Shown here one piece after another: positions 50,526-58,464 of a DNA stretch of 64,000 nt. The DNA is from an uncultured Blautia sp. (lineage in GTDB: Bacteria; Bacillota; Clostridia; Lachnospirales; Lachnospiraceae). The DNA is taken from contig CAOJIB010000001.1 of NCBI GenBank assembly GCA_948436455.1, positions 9,525 to 73,524 on the forward strand. Reading direction: 5' to 3'. The notes beneath the pieces were generated by a model. The model did not search any database, was not told the DNA's origin, and was given only the letters and a program-made list of their open reading frames with translations. The translations under genes and the position numbers were made by a program. Numbering within the stretch: position 1 is the stretch's first letter; every line of letters starts with the position of its first letter.

Positions 50526-51566
50526 TCAGTCCATGGTGATGACGTTCTTTAAGCCTTTGGCCGCGATCGCCAGCTCAAAGCCCTTGTCGATCTCAGACAA
50601 CGGGAATTCTGCGGTAATGAGCTTTTTCACATCAATAATTCCAGCCGATACGAAGCCTAAGGACTCCTTAAACTGCCGAAGGCTGGCCCGTGTAGTACCA
50701 GTGCAGATGAGCTGTTTGTAATGGATCAGGTTTGTATTTAAAGGTACCATCTTCCGATCCTCGGGAAGTCCGCCGAAGAAGCAAACTCTTCCGTAATTCG
50801 CCGCCACTTCCAAAGCAGTCTGCTGTGCGGCCGGTACCGGGCAGGCGGTAATCACGGCGTCCACGCCATGACCCTTTGTCTCTTTAGCAATGAAATTCAC
50901 CACATCGTCCTTTACGGTAATAAAAGAGGGATCAATTTCCTTGCAAAGCTCCAGTCTGTTTTCTGCAATATCGTTAATGATGACTTTCGTAGCGCCCGCC
51001 ATTTTTGCAAACATCGCGTGCATAATGCCGATAGGGCCTGCGCCGATCACCAGCGCATAGTCGCCCGGGCGGATATTGCACTGCTGGCTGCCGTTGTATA
51101 CGCAAGAAAGAGCTTCGGTAATCGCCGCCTCCGCATAGGAAACGTGGTCTTCCATCGGCACCAGATTTCCGGCGCGCACAGCCTGCTCCGGTACGCGAAC
51201 GTATTCCGCAAAGCCGCCGTCCAGGCTGATGCCCAGCGCACGATATTCTTTACACATATGGGAATTTCCCCGGATACAGTCGTCGCAGATGCCGCAGCCC
51301 ATATTCGGCGCTACAGCCACACGCATACCAGGCGTATAAGCTGTGACATTTTTTCCAACTTTTTCAATGACGCCGGCCATCTCATGGCCGATCACCAGCG
51401 GATGATTTTCGTCCACATTGGCTACGCCGTTGCGGTACATACGTACGTCCGTGCCGCAGATTGCCGCGCCTTTTACGTGTACCAGAACCTCGTTATCGGA
51501 AATTTCCGGGATGGGACGCTCCTCCAGACGCATATCTTCTTTTCCATAAAGTAAAGCTGCTTTCAT
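50526..51566 (-). CDS. Zinc-dependent polyol dehydrogenase
   Basis: ICGTD, GHEMAG, CGICDDC..C, GAGPIG. Confidence 0.9.
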   Translation of the reverse strand: MKAALLYGKEDMRLEERPIPEISDNEVLVHVKGAAICGTDVRMYRNGVANVDENHPLVIGHEMAGVIEKVGKNVTAYTPGMRVAVAPNMGCGICDDCIRGNSHMCKEYRALGISLDGGFAEYVRVPEQAVRAGNLVPMEDHVSYAEAAITEALSCVYNGSQQCNIRPGDYALVIGAGPIGIMHAMFAKMAGATKVIINDIAENRLELCKEIDPSFITVKDDVVNFIAKETKGHGVDAVITACPVPAAQQTALEVAANYGRVCFFGGLPEDRKMVPLNTNLIHYKQLICTGTTRASLRQFKESLGFVSAGIIDVKKLITAEFPLSEIDKGFELAIAAKGLKNVITMD

Positions 51567-51647
51567 CGCTGTATTCCTCCTCCAAATGATTTATGAAAAT
51601 ATTTTATAAGGTTTCCCTTCGGGGATCCCGTATGGCCTTTCGGCCTT

Positions 51648-52670
51648 TTATAAGGTTACGATTCTTTTTTCTACGATGGAAATGTTTCCGGCGTTGACTA
51701 CCTTCACCGCCATCTTGCCGTCGTGACCGGTTACCTTGGGCGTTGTGTCGTTCAAAACGGCGGATACGAATTCTGTATCTTCTCTTAAGTACGCGTCCTT
51801 GAACAGGTTCATCCAACTATTGACGATGGGATATGTCCCCTGCTTTGTAGAGGAGCTGCATACCAATACCTGCGCGCCCTGCAGACCACCGATCTGGATG
51901 CATCCTTTCGTTCCCAGTACTTCTACCTTTGCGTCGTAGCCGTAGCCTACGCCCTGGGCGCCGTCCAGCATTCCCTGCATGCCGTTTTCAAAAGAGGCAG
52001 TCATGACTACATTGTCATAGAAATCCGGCCATTCTTCCTTTGCATCTAAGCAGCGGTAGTTACCGCCGATGGCGTATAACGTCTTAAATTCGCTTCCGGT
52101 AAGCCAGCGCATCGTATCAATATCATGACTGTTTACTTCCGCCAGCGGACCGTTGCTCTTCTTTAAATCATACATCCAGGGTCTGGGAACGCTGGGGCCT
52201 CTGGTATTGGAACGTACCATAACCACGTCGCCGATCTCTCCGGCGTCAATCCGCTCCTTCGCCTGCATAAACCCTTCGTCAAACCGGCGCATGAAGCCGA
52301 TCTGCAGTTTGACGTTATTGGCTTCGGCCGCCTGAATCATCGCGTCGCACTCTTCCTCGTTCATGGCCATGGGCTTCTCGCAGAGGATATGCTTTTTCGC
52401 ATTGGCAATCTTTGTTACGATTCCCACATGGAATTTCGTGGGGGATACGATCACATAAGCGTCGATCCGATCGTCGCCTAGCGCCTGGTCTTCATTTAAA
52501 TAATATGTATCCAGTCCCAGCTGCGCGGCGCCGGCCTTCGCCGTCTCCTCGATGGGATCTGCTACCGCTACTAACTGCGCATCCGGCACATTCTTTGCAA
52601 AATTATTTGCGTGAATCATACCCGCGCGGCCTGCTCCAACGACACAAATACCTAACTTTCCGTTTACCAT
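51648..52670 (-). CDS. Gfo/Idh/MocA oxidoreductase (inositol 2-dehydrogenase-like)
   Basis: GAGRAG, CEKPMA, GFMRRFD, HDID. Confidence 0.88.
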   Translation of the reverse strand: MVNGKLGICVVGAGRAGMIHANNFAKNVPDAQLVAVADPIEETAKAGAAQLGLDTYYLNEDQALGDDRIDAYVIVSPTKFHVGIVTKIANAKKHILCEKPMAMNEEECDAMIQAAEANNVKLQIGFMRRFDEGFMQAKERIDAGEIGDVVMVRSNTRGPSVPRPWMYDLKKSNGPLAEVNSHDIDTMRWLTGSEFKTLYAIGGNYRCLDAKEEWPDFYDNVVMTASFENGMQGMLDGAQGVGYGYDAKVEVLGTKGCIQIGGLQGAQVLVCSSSTKQGTYPIVNSWMNLFKDAYLREDTEFVSAVLNDTTPKVTGHDGKMAVKVVNAGNISIVEKRIVTL

Positions 52671-52747
52671 GATCTTTTCCTCCCTGCCTGTTTTTGCATT
52701 TTTTAATATTTTCTTTCGCAAATTATTGTTTGTTTTTGTTTTCTTTT

Positions 52748-52776
52748 ACACTATCATTTTTTTTTGCAAATGTCAA
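52748..52776 (-). promoter_or_regulatory. SigA promoter of the polyol operon
   Basis: TTGACA-17nt-TAGTGT, with TTTGCAAA palindromes within and upstream. Confidence 0.55.
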
Positions 52777-52908
52777 TAGATTTTTTTGCAAAAAAACGTT
52801 TCCGGAGTATCTTTTCCTAAAATACATCCTGCCATATGCACGCCTGCTCTTACTATCCCTAATTATATAGAAGAAATCCGCCCTCGGCAATGCCCGAATG
52901 CACGGGAC

Positions 52909-52938
52909 GGACTATTTTTTCACCCGTATTCATAGACT
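52909..52938 (+). promoter_or_regulatory. Putative mother-cell (SigE/SigK-type) promoter
   Basis: -10 CATAGACT at 52931-52938 fits CATAnnnT; upstream GACTAT. Confidence 0.5.
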
Positions 52939-52973
52939 AGAAAAACAGCAGATGAATAGGGAGGTGCGCCTAC

Positions 52974-53117
52974 TTGGCAAAATCCGCGCCCAATATTCGT
53001 TTTCACGACCCCAATCCGCCGGACGTCACTCTTCGCCATGTGGCCAGGGTTTTTACAGAGGTAAATAAAAAACGTCTGGAACGGCTCTGGAAAGAAGAAC
53101 AAAAAAAGCAGAAGTAG
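52974..53117 (+). CDS. Small protein (47 aa), candidate recombination directionality factor
   Basis: Manual translation MAKSAPNIRFHDPNPPDVTLRHVARVFTEVNKKRLERLWKEEQKKQK; RBS GGGAGGTG; TTG start; function inferred. Confidence 0.6.
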   Translation: MAKSAPNIRFHDPNPPDVTLRHVARVFTEVNKKRLERLWKEEQKKQK

Positions 53118-53119
53118 AT

Positions 53120-53211
53120 GCTATTGCCATCCGGCAAGTAATAGGATATACCCTCCGGGCATCCCGCTATTGCCATCCGGCAAGTAATAGGATATACTCT
53201 ACGGGAATCCA
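53120..53211 (+). repeat. 46-bp tandem duplication containing a SigA-like promoter
   Basis: GCTATTGCCATCCGGCAAGTAATAGGATATAC begins at both 53120 and 53166; TTGCCA-17nt-TATAC(C/T). Confidence 0.9.
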
Positions 53212-53309
53212 AAATTTTTTTCAATTTACAGCGGATACATGCGGAAAAATGTATATTTCCTGCATTTACAGGGATTTTCTGCAAAAGTACGACTAGAAAG
53301 GATTGTTTT

Positions 53310-54296
53310 ATGAACAAGAAAAAAGTCACTTTATTGACTGCCGTCCTCTTATCCCTCGCCTGCCTCTTTGCGGGCTGCCAGAAAACTGCTCCAACGACGG
53401 ACGGCGACGAACAGGCCCAGACGGAAGAAACGGACGGCGACGGAGACTTTTCCGTGGAAAACATCTCTGCCGGCGATACCTCCTACCCGCTGACCATCAC
53501 GGACGGCTTAGGGAACGAAGTTACCATCGAACAAGAGCCGCAGCGGATCATTTCCCTGTCCCCGGCCAATACGGAAATCCTATACGCGCTGGGCGCGGGC
53601 GAGAGGGTAAAGGGCCGGACCGATTACTGCAACTATCCCCAGGAGGCTTCCGAAGTGGATTCCATCGGCACCTATACCTCGCCAAATATGGAATTGATCC
53701 TCTCCCTGGAGCCGGAAATCGTTTTCGCTTCTGATTATATGGACGACGCCATCCGGGGGCAGGTAGAGGAAGCCGGCGCCAAAGTCGTCGTCTTTTCCGC
53801 CAACAGCATCGCAAGCGTGAAAGACGCCATTTTGCAGGCGGGCCAGATCCTGAACCTGAATGAAACGGCCGCCGGAATCACCGATTCCATGGACGAGCAG
53901 CTAAAAGGAATCCAGGAAACCGTTTCCGGCGCCGCGCCCAAATCGATCTTCGTAGATCTGGGCGATTACTACAGCGCCGGTCCCGGCTCTTTAATCGACG
54001 ATATGCTCCAGCAGATCGGCGCCCAAAATATCGTCGCCGAAACCGGCAAGACCTGGCCGCAGCTTTCTGTGGAATCCATTATTGAAAAGAACCCCGACCT
54101 CTACTTCTCTTTATTTACTTCTCCCGAAGAACTTCGGCAGGTGCCCGGCCTTGGAGAGTTGGACTGCATGAAGGAAGAAAACCTGCTTTTCCTGGAGGGG
54201 CTTTCCGAAGAAGCGGATATGATCCAGCGGCCTGGCCCGCGGGTCGTAGACGGCGTCCGGCTGCTGGCGCAGAAAATCTATCCGGAGCTGTTTTAA
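53310..54296 (+). CDS. Cobalamin/iron-chelate ABC transporter substrate-binding lipoprotein (BtuF-like)
   Basis: Lipobox FAGC, YPLTITD, PQRIISLSPANTEIL, RPGPR. Confidence 0.88.
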   Translation: MNKKKVTLLTAVLLSLACLFAGCQKTAPTTDGDEQAQTEETDGDGDFSVENISAGDTSYPLTITDGLGNEVTIEQEPQRIISLSPANTEILYALGAGERVKGRTDYCNYPQEASEVDSIGTYTSPNMELILSLEPEIVFASDYMDDAIRGQVEEAGAKVVVFSANSIASVKDAILQAGQILNLNETAAGITDSMDEQLKGIQETVSGAAPKSIFVDLGDYYSAGPGSLIDDMLQQIGAQNIVAETGKTWPQLSVESIIEKNPDLYFSLFTSPEELRQVPGLGELDCMKEENLLFLEGLSEEADMIQRPGPRVVDGVRLLAQKIYPELF

Positions 54297-54392
54297 TACA
54301 CCGTTCGCAAACACCGGGAAATCTGTATTTGCACGTTTTTACAGATTTTCCGGCGCCGCTTTTTGCCGCCACAGGCGGCCAGAAAGGACCAA

Positions 54393-55430
54393 ATGAAAAA
54401 ATTAAGGAAAAAATGGCTCCTCTTTTTGTCGATCTTCTTATGCCTTGCGCTTATATATCTCTGTACGATTGTCGGCACCGCTTCTATTTCTTTTGAAGAT
54501 GTAAACCGCATCCTGCTGCACGAGATTTTTGGCCTTCCCGCAGATATGGAAGGCATTTCCCAGGGAAGCATCACGATCATCCGGGACGTCCGCCTGCCCC
54601 GGGTGGTGCTGGGCTTTCTGGCGGGCGCGGCTCTGGCCGTCTGCGGCGCCGGCTTTCAGGGGATTTTTAAAAATCCCATGGCGGATCCCTTCGTCCTTGG
54701 GGTTTCCTCCGGCGCAGCCCTAGGCGCTTCCATCGGCATGGTGCTGCGCTTTAGCGGCAGCTTCCTTGGCATCAGCGGCACCACCCTGCTGGCCTTTATC
54801 GGCGCCTTTGCAACCATCGGACTGGTATACAATATTTCCCGGGTCGGCAAGCGAGTGCCCGTTTCCACGCTGCTTTTATCTGGGATCGCCGTCAGCCAGA
54901 CCTTGTCCGCGGCCATGTCCATCATCATGATCCTGAACCGGCAGACGCTGGATCAGATTATGTTCTGGACCATGGGCAGCCTGAATGGAAAGGGCTGGCG
55001 GCAGATTCTTCTGGTGCTGCCCTATGCGATCCTGGGAGGGCTGATTCTCTTTACCTCCTCCCGGGAGTTGGATATCATTCTGACCGGCGAGGATACGGCC
55101 ATCCAGCTTGGCGTCAACGTGGAATTTCTGAAAAAGAAAGTGCTCTTTGCCTCTACGCTGATTACGGCGGCGGTGATCTCCGTCACGGGAATCATCGGCT
55201 TTGTGGGCCTTGTCGTGCCCCATATCGTCCGTATGCTCACCGGCCCGAAGCATCGGATACTGCTGCCGCTGTCCCTGCTCTTTGGCGGTACGTTTCTGAT
55301 TCTCTGCGACACGGCGGCCAGAAGCCTCGCCTCCTGGGAAATCCCAGTGGGCATCATCACCTCCCTTTGCGGCGGTCCGTTCTTCCTCTATCTGCTTCGC
55401 AATATGAAGAAGGGAGGGGATTTCTCATGA
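54393..55430 (+). CDS. FecCD/BtuC family ABC permease
   Basis: VRLPRV, FKNPMADPFVLGVSSGA, IIGFVGLVVPH. Confidence 0.92.
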   Translation: MKKLRKKWLLFLSIFLCLALIYLCTIVGTASISFEDVNRILLHEIFGLPADMEGISQGSITIIRDVRLPRVVLGFLAGAALAVCGAGFQGIFKNPMADPFVLGVSSGAALGASIGMVLRFSGSFLGISGTTLLAFIGAFATIGLVYNISRVGKRVPVSTLLLSGIAVSQTLSAAMSIIMILNRQTLDQIMFWTMGSLNGKGWRQILLVLPYAILGGLILFTSSRELDIILTGEDTAIQLGVNVEFLKKKVLFASTLITAAVISVTGIIGFVGLVVPHIVRMLTGPKHRILLPLSLLFGGTFLILCDTAARSLASWEIPVGIITSLCGGPFFLYLLRNMKKGGDFS

Positions 55431-56701
55431 ACCAAGATATTCTGACCTTTTCCCATGTGGCCGCCGGCTATGGAGAAAAAAATATTCTGGAGGATATTAC
55501 TCTTTCTATCAAGGAAGGCGATTTCGCCGGCCTGATCGGCTGCAACGGCGCCGGAAAATCCACGCTGATCAAATGTATTTCCGGCCTTTTGCCCCTCCGC
55601 GGCGGCAGTATTTCCATCTGCCAGAAGGAGCACGCCGCCCTAAAGCCTCGCGAGCGAGCGCAACTTGTCGCCGTCGTTCCCCAATCTTACCATGTAAAAT
55701 ATGATTTCACCGCGGAGGACATCGTCCTTATGGGGCGCAATCCCTATCTCAGCTTCCGAAAAAAGGAAGGCCCCGAAGATTACGCCATCGTAGAAGAGGC
55801 CATGCGGGCGACGAATACGGAAATTTTCCGAAAACGGCTTTATAACGAGCTTAGCGGCGGAGAACGCCAGCGGGTGATCCTGGCTAGGGCCATTGCCCAA
55901 AAGCCCCGGATTATCCTTTTGGACGAGCCCACCTCCGCTCTGGACGTCCATCACCAGATCGAGGTTATGGAGCTGATTTCCCGGCTGAACGAAGAAGAGC
56001 ATATGACCGTTCTGGCCGTGCTGCACGACATCAATATGGCCTCCCGCTTCTGCAAACGGATGATTATGCTCCAAGACGGCGGCGTTTTTGCCGACGGCAC
56101 GCCCCAGGAAGTCATCAATCGGGAAAATATGGAACAACTCTACCAGATGAAGCTGCTGATCCGGGAAAGCGCGATTTTTCACAAGCCGGAAATCATTCCC
56201 GTCCGGGTCATGGACGCGCCAAAGGCCAAGGAACGCCGCCACATCCATGTGATCTGCGGCGCCAATAAAGCGGTCAAGCTCTTAGAAGAGCTGGACGCCA
56301 AGGGCTACCAGGTGACGGCCGGCGTGATCAATCAGGGCAGCGAAGACTGGGAAATCTGCCGAGAACTGCACATCCCCTGCGTGGAAATCGAACCCTTTAC
56401 CCCGGTCACGCCTACAAAGCAGGAAGAAAACCTGCGGCTGATCGCCGACGCGCCCCTGATCCTTGTGGCCGACGTTCCTTTTGGAGTGGCCAATCTGCAA
56501 AATCTCGTCGGCCTGGAAAATGCGCCGGGGCAGATCTATTTCCATAAAAACGCTCTAAGCAACGACTATACCAACGGCAAGCTGATCCGACAGCTGGAAT
56601 ACCTGGGGACGAAAAAGAAAGTTACTTATATCGGCGATCACGATGAATTTCTGCATCTGCTGGAAAAAGAGGAAAAACGCATTTCGAAAAATAAGAATTA
56701 A
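55427..56701 (+). CDS. BtuD/FepC family ABC ATPase with a C-terminal extension
   Basis: GCNGAGKST, LSGGERQRV, LLDEPT; about 150 extra C-terminal residues. Confidence 0.9.
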   Translation: MNQDILTFSHVAAGYGEKNILEDITLSIKEGDFAGLIGCNGAGKSTLIKCISGLLPLRGGSISICQKEHAALKPRERAQLVAVVPQSYHVKYDFTAEDIVLMGRNPYLSFRKKEGPEDYAIVEEAMRATNTEIFRKRLYNELSGGERQRVILARAIAQKPRIILLDEPTSALDVHHQIEVMELISRLNEEEHMTVLAVLHDINMASRFCKRMIMLQDGGVFADGTPQEVINRENMEQLYQMKLLIRESAIFHKPEIIPVRVMDAPKAKERRHIHVICGANKAVKLLEELDAKGYQVTAGVINQGSEDWEICRELHIPCVEIEPFTPVTPTKQEENLRLIADAPLILVADVPFGVANLQNLVGLENAPGQIYFHKNALSNDYTNGKLIRQLEYLGTKKKVTYIGDHDEFLHLLEKEEKRISKNKN

Positions 56702-56717
56702 AAAGAGGGCGATCTCT

Positions 56718-58241
56718 ATGAAAATAGCCGCGTACTGCCGCGTTTCTACAGATAAAGAGGATCAGCTCAACAGCCTCCAGGCACAAAAGGAGTTTTTCAT
56801 AGAATACACAAAGCGCACCGGCGACGAGCTGGTCCGCCTGTACGCCGACGAAGGCATTTCCGGAACTAAGATCAAAAACCGCCGGGAATTCCTGCACATG
56901 ATGGAAGACGCCGGCCGGGGCCTCTTTGAAATGGTGGTCGTCAAGGATATTTCCCGCTTCGCCCGCAATACCGTAGATCTTTTGCAAAACGTCCGAAAGC
57001 TGAAAGCCTGGGGCATCGAAACCCAGTTTCTCACAGCGAATATGACCAGCATGGGAAACAGCGAATTCGTCCTGACGATCTTCGGCGCCCTGGCCCAGGA
57101 AGAAAGCGCCAATACCTCCAAGCGAATCAAATTTGGAAAAAAGATCAACGCCCAGAAAGGGCGCGTTCCCAATCTGGTCTACGGCTATGATAAGACGGCC
57201 GGCGATTATTTCCACCTTGCAGTCAATGAAAAGGAGGCCGCCGTCGTCCGCCAGATCTTCGCCTGGTACACGAAGGAAGGCTACGGCGCGTCGAAAATTG
57301 CTTCCATGCTCAATGGCCGCGGCCTTCTGACGAAACGGGGCTGCGCGTTTAGCCAAAACGCCGTCTGCCGGATTCTGACCAACGAACTTTACACCGGCAA
57401 AGTCATCAACGGAAAAGAAGAGGTAAAAGATTTCCTCACCGGCGAACGACAAGCGAAAGAAAAAGATGCCTGGATCGTCACAAACGCCCCCAATTTGCAA
57501 ATCATAGAAACGGAAACCTTTCAAAAAGCACAGAAGATCCTAGCTGGCCGGAACGATGCTTTTCACCTGACCCACGAACGCCAGAGCAATAAACACTTGT
57601 TTTCCACGCTGCTTACCTGCAGCGAATGCGGCTGGTCTTACCGGCGCGTCGTCCGCACATATAAGAATACCTACGTCCGCTGGAGCTGCTCCGGCCATAA
57701 CGGCAACGGCGCCGACAGCTGTCCCAACAAGATTTCCATAGAGGAAGATTTCCTGCGCCAGGCGCTGGAGGAATATTTCGCGGATATCCTCTCCGGCCAT
57801 AGGGACGTTCTTCGCCATATGACGAAGGAACTTACAAAGACCTTCCCCGGCAATGCTGCAAACTTGGCTCTGGAAAAGGAACTAAAAAGTACGCTGGAAA
57901 AGCTTCGGCGAACTCGTCAGAAATATATGGACATGTATACGGACGATCTAATCACCCGCCGGGAACTCAATGAAAAAATAGGTCCGATGAAGGAGGAACA
58001 GCAAAAGCTAGAAGAACAGTTGGCCCTGGCACGCCCCGCTCCCGATAGCCAAAAGCGGCTAAAGACGCTGCTCGCCCAGAGCTTCCAGACCGCCGCGGAT
58101 TTGACCCGCCTGCAGGATATGACGAACGCCCAGCTTAAGCGGCTCCTTTACAAAATCCAGATAGACAGGGAAGGAAACGTGGACGTATATCTTCCTATTT
58201 TCGCCGACGCCGCCGTTCCAATAAGCGACAACCGTACATAA
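56718..58241 (+). CDS. Large serine recombinase (SpoIVCA/CisA-like)
   Basis: AYCRVSTDKEDQ catalytic Ser motif, DEGISG, KDISRFARN, recombinase domain, zinc ribbon CSECG..CSGH..C, coiled coil. Confidence 0.95.
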   Translation: MKIAAYCRVSTDKEDQLNSLQAQKEFFIEYTKRTGDELVRLYADEGISGTKIKNRREFLHMMEDAGRGLFEMVVVKDISRFARNTVDLLQNVRKLKAWGIETQFLTANMTSMGNSEFVLTIFGALAQEESANTSKRIKFGKKINAQKGRVPNLVYGYDKTAGDYFHLAVNEKEAAVVRQIFAWYTKEGYGASKIASMLNGRGLLTKRGCAFSQNAVCRILTNELYTGKVINGKEEVKDFLTGERQAKEKDAWIVTNAPNLQIIETETFQKAQKILAGRNDAFHLTHERQSNKHLFSTLLTCSECGWSYRRVVRTYKNTYVRWSCSGHNGNGADSCPNKISIEEDFLRQALEEYFADILSGHRDVLRHMTKELTKTFPGNAANLALEKELKSTLEKLRRTRQKYMDMYTDDLITRRELNEKIGPMKEEQQKLEEQLALARPAPDSQKRLKTLLAQSFQTAADLTRLQDMTNAQLKRLLYKIQIDREGNVDVYLPIFADAAVPISDNRT

Positions 58242-58256
58242 AGACGTAACGGAACG
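58214..58256. mobile_element. Putative attachment junction (attR-like) of a spoIIID-intervening element
   Basis: CGTTCC (58214-58219) and GGAACG (58251-58256) inverted repeat centred where SpoIIID similarity begins. Confidence 0.65.
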
Positions 58257-58383
58257 TCTGCAGCAGATCAACCCGTCGCTGGCAGCCAAGGCCAGGAAAA
58301 TACTGGATGTAAATAAATCGGAACGTCACATCCGCGGTGGACTTGCTACCAGGGAAAAATATTTGCATCTAGAGCACCGCTAA
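58231..58383 (+). pseudogene. spoIIID: 3' half of a split spoIIID (no start codon)
   Basis: TVHKDVTERLQQINPSLAAKARKILDVNKSERHIRGGLATREKYLHLEHR*; in-frame TAA at 58222-58224. Confidence 0.93.
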
Positions 58384-58407
58384 GAAAGATTCCCATCATA
58401 AAACGGC

Positions 58408-58453
58408 AAAAAAATATACGGCGCATTCTCCCGGAATGTACCGTATATTTTTT
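58408..58453. terminator. Bidirectional terminator between the spoIIID 3' half and the MATE gene
   Basis: AAAAAATATACGG...CCGTATATTTTTT. Confidence 0.85.
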
Positions 58454-58464
58454 GACCCAACTTC

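Noticed and set aside
48924-50552. 542-aa plus-strand ORF
   Set aside because: Antisense shadow of the FGGY kinase with no recognisable motifs. The same applies to 5554-6264, 7088-7990, 26607-27560, 29317-30216 and 56622-57524.
53120-53211. Direct repeat as a possible CRISPR array
   Set aside because: Only two units, the intervening 14-nt segments are near-identical, and there are no cas genes.
52780-53309. Cobalamin riboswitch upstream of the Btu-like operon
   Set aside because: No B12-box or core motif recognisable; the space is taken by the small ORF and the duplicated promoter.
58200-58383. Recombinase-SpoIIID fusion by ribosomal frameshifting, or an independent short spoIIID
   Set aside because: No slippery sequence, RBS or start codon; half the HTH is missing; an att-like palindrome explains the junction better.
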